Assembly: GCA_054661495.1 (NCBI GenBank)
Contig: BAAFSQ010000304.1
Coordinates: 1 to 11,756, forward strand
Length of the DNA: 11,756 nt
Reading direction: 5' to 3'
Source of the DNA: Zygophlyctis sp. KS116
Lineage: Eukaryota > Fungi > Chytridiomycota
Part shown: positions 1-8,244 of the stretch, piece after piece
Layout of the letters: each line of letters starts with the position of its first letter
Numbering within the stretch: the first letter of the stretch is position 1
Program-made: the position numbers and the translations under genes
Notes under the pieces: generated by a model
Told to the model about the DNA's origin: nothing
The model's input: only the letters and a program-made list of their open reading frames with translations
Databases searched by the model: none

Positions 1-545
1 AATTTGTCATTTTCTAGATCACAATAAAATCCATCAGCGCATTGTATTTTTTCCAATCCTCCACAAGTTTCTCCTTCATTTACTGTTTGAGGTGTTGATT
101 CAGCTTCATTTTGAATGTTAGCTGATTCATTTTCATGATCATCGGTTTGTGTATGATTGGAATCTGTTTGATGTTCTGTGATTGAATCATCTGGAACGCA
201 TGTTCCTTTTGGCATGAGACAGAGTGGCGTCTTGGCCTTACATTGAGGATCTAATTTACAGCGAAGGTTTTCTGCACAACCAATTTTTGCCAATCCTCCA
301 CAAGTTTCTCCTTCTTTTGCAGGCTGAGAATCACTTTCAGTTTGAGAATCACTTCCAGTTGAGACTGCTGATCCAATGCAAATTCCCCATGCATTCTCCA
401 TCAGTGGTGCTTGACAAATACCGCTCTGACATTGAATCCCATCAGGACCGCCGCAAACTTTCTTAGCTGGAAATATTTGGGCAATTCCAGCCGGAAAGGC
501 ATTCACCATTGAGAGAAGAGCTAAAGATATTTGAATTGATTTCAT
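1..545 (-). CDS. Secreted cysteine-rich repeat protein, 3' end truncated by the window edge
   Basis: ATG at 545, open to position 1 with no intron needed. Begins MKSIQISLALLSMVNAFPAG (hydrophobic signal peptide). Carries three Cys modules (VCGGPDGIQCQSGIC, EGETCGGLAKIGCAENLRC, EGETCGGLEKIQCADGFYC) separated by S/T/D/E/Q-rich linkers. Confidence 0.85.
   Translation of the reverse strand, partial: MKSIQISLALLSMVNAFPAGIAQIFPAKKVCGGPDGIQCQSGICQAPLMENAWGICIGSAVSTGSDSQTESDSQPAKEGETCGGLAKIGCAENLRCKLDPQCKAKTPLCLMPKGTCVPDDSITEHQTDSNHTQTDDHENESANIQNEAESTPQTVNEGETCGGLEKIQCADGFYCDLENDK
53..314. repeat. 25-bp exact direct repeat (53-77 and 290-314) encoding EGETCGGL in two Cys modules
   Basis: ccaatcctccacaagtttctccttc occurs twice. 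Confidence 0.95.
325..360. repeat. 18-bp tandem duplication in a linker (TGSDSQ/TESDSQ)
   Basis: tgagaatcactttcagtt followed by tgagaatcacttccagtt, one mismatch. Confidence 0.9.
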
Positions 546-757
546 TTTTTATAAGATTTTACGGCATAGATCTAGCACTATTACAGTTGATTGCGGCATG
601 GCGTCCATACGCCTGGCTTCCGAGCGGCTTGCTGAGGACAGCTGTAAGATTGGAATCTGATGCAATATCAAACATTTAATATATATTGATTGTCCGATAA
701 TACAGAACAGATGAACCAATTGAGTTTAGATTTGGGTTCAATTTTTAAGTCTTTTCG
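546..757. promoter_or_regulatory. Divergent (bidirectional) promoter region between the secreted protein and NUP170
   Basis: 212 bp between head-to-head ATGs at 545 (-) and 758 (+). Contains an AT-rich tract at ~664-690 and the GATTGTCCGATA motif at 688-699. Confidence 0.65.
564..670 (+). ncRNA. Candidate structured RNA (long stem with apical multibranch, followed by ANANNA), family unassigned
   Basis: GC island (591-640 is 32/50 GC). Nested pairings 564-571/655-663, 581-589/639-647, 594-598/630-634 and 600-604/609-613. G-U pairs favour the + strand. Confidence 0.4.
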
Positions 758-3700
758 ATGGATTCTGGACTTTGCAAGGCTTCGGCAATGATAAGGGAAC
801 AAGACGGACTGGATTTGTAATTAAGTATAAAGTAACAATAGGTTTCCAGATCTATTGACTCTCTTGGAATCAAATCGAAGAGGTTTTCCAACTGAGAATT
901 CGCCGTCCTGGAATTTCCTAAAAAAGGAAAAGTTTATAGCATTTCCAGACTTTTTGTATGCTCAATATGATTCTCTTCAGTGTAAAAGTTTTATGGGAAT
1001 ATTTCCTGAAATTAATCGTGTCTGGTTAACGATTGATTCAAGATTGTATCTCTGGGACTATGAGGGAACTGGTGAACTGTAAGTATTATTTTTAACAAAA
1101 GTGCTCTAAATACATTTGATGATCAAGAACAGATTATCGTTAGTGTTGGACTAGTAAAACCTAAAACTAAAGTGTTTTTGGAACAGATTGAATACTTATT
1201 GGTTGTTACTACTCCTCTAGAAGTTATATTATTAGGTGTTGCATTTAGGGATTCTGCCAAGTCAGATCTTCCAAGAGGTCCTTTAACTCTATATAGAACA
1301 GAATTTACAATATCTGTTGATTCAGTAAATATGATTTCAGTTCAAGGAACAAATTCTGGTAGAATTTTTATGGTTGGAAATGATGGAAATTTATATCATT
1401 TGGAATATCAAACTGATGAAGGTTGGTTTACGAGGAAAATGAGAAAAACCAATCTTTCAGCTGGTCCAGTTACAAGATTTATTGTACCGCCGTTTTTAAA
1501 GTGGATTGTGACGGGTAGATTACAAGTTTTTTTTAAATTTTAGATGATGTTAAATCTATAATGATTGATGATACTAGAGCTTGCTTATATTCATTGTCAA
1601 AAGATAATAATATATCTCTTTTTTATTTAGGAGATAAAGGAAATGAATTTACAAAAATCATGACTTTAAGTGGGATTTATTCAAAGGCTTCTTCCTTTCA
1701 AGATTTTGTATTAGAGGAAAGAAGTTTTGAAATTATTGGGCTTCATGCTGTGCTTCGATCTGAATCTAATAGTATACAACTCTTGGCAGTGACTTCTTCT
1801 GGTCATCGGTTATATTTTTCTCATACTTCAAGCTATGAGAGTTTAACAGCTGAATATTTAATGCCTACACAGCTCAGATTAGTTTGTGTTAGATCTCCTG
1901 TTGGTTCCTCAAGTGGTTACGGATATGCAGCGCTAGATAGACAGACTCTAATTCATCATTCTTTTTATTTAGGTGGATTACTTCTTGCATCCAACTCTTT
2001 CTCGGAAGAGCTGGATAGAATTTTAGGATCTTCTCCAGACGTTGGAGCTATGATTCAGGTATTAATTCCCGGTTTAATAATTGAATAGCTTCATCCGCAC
2101 AAGTATATGATTGATCAGACAAGTTTTATTGATACTAAAGGCAAAACTTGGGCTATTGCAGAGACTCGTAACTCTTTTTATGATGGAATTATGTCTTGTA
2201 CTAGTCCTGGTAAAATTTTAAATGAACTATGGTCACAATTTGAATATTTTCCTAGAACTTTTCGTCTTTTAAGCAATGAAGGTATATTAGTTTAGAGGCT
2301 AAATACTAGGAATAACTGTCATAACTAAACTGCGCCCTTTGGATATTTTATTTCATCTGATTAATTCAAACCAAGATATGCGTGTGTTTGCAGACTTTTT
2401 TGATAAGTTTGGAAAGGACCAAGCATGTGCAATGTGTTTGGCCATAGCATGTAGCCATTCTTCCATCAACTATGCCAAATATGATTCCGTACTTCCTCAA
2501 CTAACATCTCACACTACTAATATGGCGACTAAATTATATTTTGAATTAGGAGGAAAGCCTATATCTGGCCAAGGAGCTCAGAGTCAAAATTCTCGTATTT
2601 TTTTCTTTCTTACCAATAGAATTTGGAGCGTCTGAAAACGCTGGAATGCTTGGAATCCCTGTAACCGGATTTGAGATAAGATTCAGTCCTAAACATAATG
2701 GACTTGCACTTTTCATATCACGAATCGTGAGGCATGTTTGGTGCAAAAGAATCGTAAAATCTGTGTAAGAATTTTAAATCATCATATTTTAGAACGGAAA
2801 AGGACCGTCTTGATTCTAATTTGGAAATATCTGACTTGATTAATGTTCAAGCACATCTACAATCACTTCATCAATTTTTAAATCAATACCAGGGATTTAC
2901 AGCGGCCCCCACTCCTGATAATCGCCCAACTGGTGTTGATCCTGAAGCATGGAAGGTAATGTTGATTTAATTTTATCAAAGACTGAGCAAGAATCATTAA
3001 ATTATTTGCATCAATTGGTGAAGCACATAATTGAAGCCATTTCGTTTTTGACATTACTGATCGATTATAGATTTCCTACGCTTTTGTCCAAGTAAGTTTC
3101 TCAATCAAATAATCTTATAGGTTGCACTTGGACGTTCTAGAATCCGTCAAAATATTAACTTTAGAAAGTTTGATAACATCACAAGAAGGGCGAAATACTG
3201 GTAAAGCGCTCATGACTATTTTGGTTAATAATCAAATTAAGGATGAAATGGGTGTCGATGTTATTAGTAATATTCTTCAACAAAGATGCCCATCAATCTG
3301 TGAAAAAAATGATGTTATTTTATATAAAGGTATGGAGCTGCTCCAAAGTGCAAAAGCTACATCGATCAAAAACCAGCGCGATAAAATTTTGATCGAGTCA
3401 CAAAAGTAAGTCATGAAATTTTTCATTTTAATTAGCCTGTTTCGTTCTATCATAAAGTCTATAACTATTGAAAGGCTTCGAGAGGTTACTGAAAATTATA
3501 AAATATTGCATTTTTACATGGGTAAAGAGTCAGTAGTGTTGAAAATTTAGGAATAATTGACTTGGTACTGCTTTTTGCAGCAAATGAAGATGTAACGGCT
3601 TTGATGACAGATAACCCTGTAAGAGATACATTAATGTTTTACTCTCAAGGAGTTTCAGACGCCACCGTATTTCCGTCGACTTGAATGCTATAAAATCATT

Positions 3701-5113
3701 TTTGATCTTTTAGCTTATTTGAATGGAATCATAGCGCAATCTTCTTCTGTGGAGAGAACCGCAGGTACGTGTTTTTCATCTCAACAGAACTAGAGATGGA
3801 GGAAGCGCAACAAGCAAAAATTGTGGTGATTAGAAAATCCCTAGAATCCGATGATAAACTATTTCATTCATCTTTATATAATTGGTATATAGAGCAAGGC
3901 TTAGTTGAAGAATTACTTCATGTATCAATTTACCTTTGTATTAATATTAGCTAAAGTCTCCTTACTTGGAAGATTTCCTGAAGCTCGAGGAAGGAAATGT
4001 AGATATGGCCGGTTATCTTTGGAGATTTTATGTTATTCAAAATCGATTTACAGATGCAGCATATGTCTTATCTGAATTAGCTGATGCCCCCGGGTATTGT
4101 TTTTTTTTAACATTTTTATAGTCTTACTCTTGAAAAGAGGATCGAATATTTAACAATGGCAGTTTCAAACGCAAGAAGTGTGTCATCATCCGACAATACA
4201 GTTTCTACAACTATATTATCTCAATTGGATGATAGTCTTTCGGTACAATATTAAAGTTTAATGTTAAAATAGGTTGCTAGGATTCAGCTAGAAATTTTAC
4301 AAATTATTTCTACTCTAACAGGATTTGAAGGTGCACAAGAGGAGTTGAACGGGCGCCTTTTAGATGTCAATGAGGTATCATAAATCATTTATTTATAATA
4401 GCTTTATCATAAATATGCTCGCCCTCTTAATATGCATGAGGTTACGTTACAAATTATTCACACGTCGAATCTTGGCGTTCAAGGCCGTCCTTTGGTAGAG
4501 GTCGCCTGGAATGAGATAATTAAGAATGGTAAGTTTTTGCATTCTTTATAATATAGTTTTATCTGATGCAGCCAGCACTAGTCGTCCTATATTTGATTCT
4601 TTGAAAGATAAGATCAGAGAGATCGGACTAAAGTATTACCCAGATGATAATGTATTCCCTCTCAGTAAGTTTTGCCATAGCTAATATCCTAGAGCTTCTA
4701 GTAAACAAGCTAGAATACCAAGCCTTTGAAGGATCATTAAGGGGGGCTGGTCCAGAAAAAGGATGGCTTTTGAGGACAATGAGGGAAATTAATGTTCCAT
4801 GGAACACATTATTTGTCATCTTGAATGACATTTTTGAAACAAAGGTATTTTACAATATTTAATCCGATATTAGTTGTCTCCATGGTCTAGCAGCAAGGCC
4901 TTAACTTATTTAATCGAGGATGCGTACATACTAATTCGGGACTGGTTAGATGAGAGTTATTCTCTATCTTTGGGTGGTGGTTACTCTATTGAATTCCCTG
5001 CAAGATTTGTTGATGAATGTATCTCCAAATACTTGGTTACAATTACTGGTGATTCTAAGCAATTATCTTCAAATTTACATCACACACAGGCTCGTGTGCG
5101 ACAATTATTTTAA
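758..5113 (+). CDS. NUP170: Nucleoporin Nup170/Nup157/Nup155 family, ~1264 aa, 21 exons
   Basis: Family-like motifs MGIFPEINRVWLTIDSRLYLWDY, IVSVGLVKPK, GRIFMVGNDGNLYHLEYQTDEGWF, FSPKHNGLALFISRIVRHVW, LTLEKRIEYLTMA. The frame is continuous after removing introns 817-841, 1079-1101, 1515-1543, 2059-2088, 2282-2309, 2595-2619, 2765-2792, 2956-2981, 3092-3120, 3406-3435, 3522-3550, 3619-3649, 3765-3793 (or -3787), 3922-3950, 4094-4121, 4243-4272, 4375-4401, 4529-4556, 4665-4692 and 4845-4873. Confidence 0.95.
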
Positions 5114-5123
5114 GAAAAACTGT

Positions 5124-5828
5124 TTATTTTGCCAAAATCTTAACAAAGTCTTCATAAAAAACTTTTCCCTCTTGTGGATCTACACAACTAGCCAAGAGCT
5201 CATCGAATTCCTCCTGAGTGAATTTCTCACCAGATCCCATCAAGAATTCTTTCAGTTCTTCCGGACGAAGAAATCCTTTGGAATCTGTATCTCTATATAT
5301 GATGAGCGATGATCTTACAATGCTTTAAACGCTCTATAAATCTTTTCCTCATCGTCTCTAACTAAACTTGTATCCTGCAAAAGTCCGATCGCCACCTTTT
5401 CAAATCGATCAAAGGTAATATATCCCGTAGGTTCTTCTTCTTCCATCTTTGCATTAGTTTATAATTGTCTACCAGCCTAAGCCATGCATGGAATTGCTCT
5501 TCTGTTGGAAAAATATTCAATGAGCGAATAATTGCTCCGACTTCTCTTGCTGATCATTGTAAGTCGTAAAAAATTACTATCACAAGTTTTGTTTCTTTGA
5601 GTATCAAATACATCAAATGCTAATTTTAATAAATAATTATGTACAATTAAATATCTTTTTCTTAATTGCTATCAGCTTGTCATCCACTATCGGAGTTGTC
5701 TGCCTGACATTAGCGAGAGGCGTAGTCGATAATGGATCGGACAGAGGGACTTCTGATTGTGATTGAGGATTGGATGGTCCTGGAGCGATATCAATAGAAT
5801 TATTATCAGCGGAATTTGGTTTAGACAT
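5124..5828 (-). CDS. DRC8: EF-hand protein, dynein regulatory complex subunit 8 (EFCAB2), ~199 aa, 5 exons
   Basis: Introns 5620-5644, 5550-5577, 5447-5472 and 5293-5318. Splicing gives KIFNSFDVFDTQRNKTCDTREVGAIIRSLNIFPTEEQ...MEEEEPTGYITFDRF...IYRAFKALDTDSKGFL...GEKFTQEEFDELLASCVDP. EEEEPTGYI is characteristic of EFCAB2/DRC8 as I recall it. Confidence 0.88.
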
Positions 5829-5850
5829 TTTGAATACGTCATTAATGGCT

Positions 5851-7213
5851 CTATGATATTTCTTTATTACTTATATCCAAGGCAATCTTTTGCCTAAGAT
5901 ATGGCATGTGCTTTTGACTGAATTTAAATTCTGAATTTCTTGCCAAGAAATCCATAAACATACAAGTAAATACTCCACAGTCATATCCATTTTCTTGAGC
6001 AGGTATATTCTAAATCTCATTAGTTAATTTAGTTACACGAGGAGAATAATCAATCCAATCACTTAAATCCATCTCTATCCCCTTCTTATCTCTAGCTTCA
6101 CTGATTAAATATTCTCTTAAAACAGATAAACATTTTTGATTAGATCCATGTAAAGAATCATAATATTCAAAACGTTTATCAACAAATGAAATACATGCAC
6201 ATACCCAATGCATCCCCAAATGCACTGGAATTATAATTTTATCCTTGGAGAATGTATCAAACTTTTCTTTAAAACTTTTAAAATCACCTTTTTACTCCAT
6301 TTACGAACTTTAGAATAACCACCTTGACAGAGCGTAGAATAAAAAAAAGTATTATATACATGAACCTTTAAAAATTTTGTCCTTGATCTGTCCATTATTA
6401 ATTGTGCATAAAAGTTTATAATCTACAATTTTAAATTCTCAAAGATACTTCATCATTTAACCATTTCCCATTTTCTAGAGTAAAAATATCCTTTTTTTTT
6501 ATATCTACATTAAACGCAGATACAATCGTATCTTTCCCAGATCTAGAAAAAATATTTTGAATCTAATTTTAAGTCTCTTGCATTTTAGATACCTGTATAG
6601 TATCTTTTTGTGTAAAATCTGGAAATATCTTTTCCTCTCTTGAAATATAATCTTCCAACTTGCAATTTTTAAAATATTTCTAACATACCTGTTTATCCAA
6701 CCTCCTAGAACTTTCAATTAGCCTATCATAGACTGGAGTTTTTGAAGGAACAATTACCATGTCCTGTATTGGCCTAAAATTAAATACCAAAAGTACTCTG
6801 ATAAAACCTTTGAAATCCGTTCTCTTAAATCCTTTAACCAGGGAACTTCCTGATCTGCATTAGTTACAACTTTAGGCGCAGGAATTAATTCTGCCGTCTG
6901 TTTATAAACTTTAGAAGCATAATTTATCAATTCTGAATAATCATTTTGAGTTCCCTGATATCCTAAAATTTACTAAAAGACACTTACCTTGTTCATACAT
7001 TGAATCATAGTCTGGTACTAATTTATAAATGAGATTCTGTAGCGCCGCCTGCTTCTTTACAACTCTTGCAGAGTCCAAAATTGAATATCCAGAACTCCGT
7101 TTACCAGATATACTGCTTTTAGATGATTTTATAGTCGACGATATAGACATTGGGGAATTCGGACGACTGACTGAATTCTCAGTTCCAAAACTCTCTGCAA
7201 AACATCTTTTCAT
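5851..7213 (-). CDS. ULP1: SUMO-specific cysteine protease (Ulp1/SENP, peptidase C48), ~391 aa, 8 exons
   Basis: WLNDEIINFY, NTFFYSTL, IPVHLGMHW (catalytic His), YYDSL (Asp), PAQENGYDCGVF (Gln/Cys). Introns 6963-6987, 6774-6796, 6659-6688, 6563-6592, 6423-6448, 6262-6287 and 6010-6036. The start codon is less certain. Confidence 0.93.
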
Positions 7214-7228
7214 AATTTTTCACGTTTC

Positions 7229-8047
7229 CTACTCCTTTGTTACATGATTTTGTAACAGATTTAATGCACTTGTCAAGTTTTCAATTGCATTATTTACATC
7301 ATCATATTGTAATGCTGAAATTGCAAATTTAGCAAATTTCTGCGCTTGTTGGATAGTTTTATAATCTAGACCGCTAGATGTAATATTTGAATCTTGTTCT
7401 TCTTCAAGATTCATTTTCTCTAATATCTCTACATTCGAAACAATACTCTGATTTGAAACTGGAGGCTCTGTAGAGACTTGATGTGTAGGTGACAAGTCCA
7501 AGTCTTGATCTGCTTTTAACAATTCTGTATCTCCCGGCCCACCAGGAGAAGGAGTTTTTCCTGCCTTTATTGCTTTTATGATTTCAGCTGCCTTGAATTT
7601 AGAATATTTAATTTTTTCCAAAACTTCAGACTCTAATTCTCCAAAAACTGATAATATTTCTAAAAATAAAGATGCTGCTAAAAATGTTTTTGCAGTTTTT
7701 CTATAGTTTTAAATAGTTTTAAATTACTTTGAGCTCATTCCTGCTCGATCTTCGTTATCAGCAGACATAAAGACTTTAAATGCAAAATTAGAAACATGAG
7801 CAAATCCGACCAAATCATTATTCATAATATCTTGATACTGTTCCATTAAAATACTTTTTTCCTTTTCTAAATCATCTAATAGATTCATTAGAAATGTTTG
7901 ACATAATGAGGATTTACTAGAAGCTGATATTGCCATTTGAGCAGCATAAAAAGTGCAATAATAAGCTACAATGGGTTCTCTTGATTTTAATTCGGATGCT
8001 CTTGAAAGAAACGGAGTAATGTTTGAAAGTTCAATTGGGACTTGCAT
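7229..8047 (-). CDS. VTA1: Vta1/LIP5, Vps4 cofactor (ESCRT), ~263 aa, 2 exons
   Basis: N-terminal MIT region (PFLSRASELKSREPIVAYYC, ADNEDRAG, KIKYSKFKAAEI) and C-terminal VSL domain (AQKFAKFAISALQYDDVNNAIENL). Intron 7701-7727. Confidence 0.95.
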
Positions 8048-8244
8048 TTGTTTACAGAGCACGTGGTTTTTAAAATTATCAGATATTAATACTTTTTTTA
8101 TTTTTTTTAAATTAATACATCTTGAACTATAATCTCATCTCTAGAAGAAAATACAAACCATTATAGACTTTTTGGTTCCTGGAAATTCAACTCAAGCAGT
8201 AAAATTTTATTCGGAAAAATAAAATTTACTTGCTGGAAATTCAA
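8048..8244. promoter_or_regulatory. Divergent promoter region between VTA1 and the F-box gene
   Basis: 197 bp head-to-head. CACGTG at 8060-8065, poly-T tracts at ~8093-8108 and a 12-bp direct repeat CTGGAAATTCAA at 8179-8190 and 8233-8244. Confidence 0.6.

Noticed and set aside
224-466. + strand 80-aa ORF
   Set aside because: Antisense shadow of the secreted Cys-rich protein, with a GTG start.
590-670. TPP riboswitch or hammerhead ribozyme (GCTGAGG / CTGAGGA, AATCTGAT)
   Set aside because: Lacks CUGAGA and the downstream GCG/AGG elements of TPP, and has no GAAA core strand for a hammerhead. It also shows no tRNA, U1-U6, U3 or RNase P/MRP signatures that I can recognise.
2546-4831. - strand ORFs 2546-2746 and 4628-4831
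   Set aside because: Antisense to well-supported NUP170 exons, with no recognisable features.
758-5113. Fragmented ORFs read as pseudogenes, frameshifts or stop-codon reassignment
   Set aside because: Every break is resolved by a 23-31 nt GT-AG intron, and the spliced proteins are full length under the standard code.
4950-5312. + strand 120-aa ORF spanning the NUP170 end
   Set aside because: Alternative frame of the last NUP170 exon and antisense to DRC8, with no motif support.
6505-7247. ORFs 6505-6717 (-) and 7029-7247 (+)
   Set aside because: Out-of-frame or antisense shadows of ULP1.
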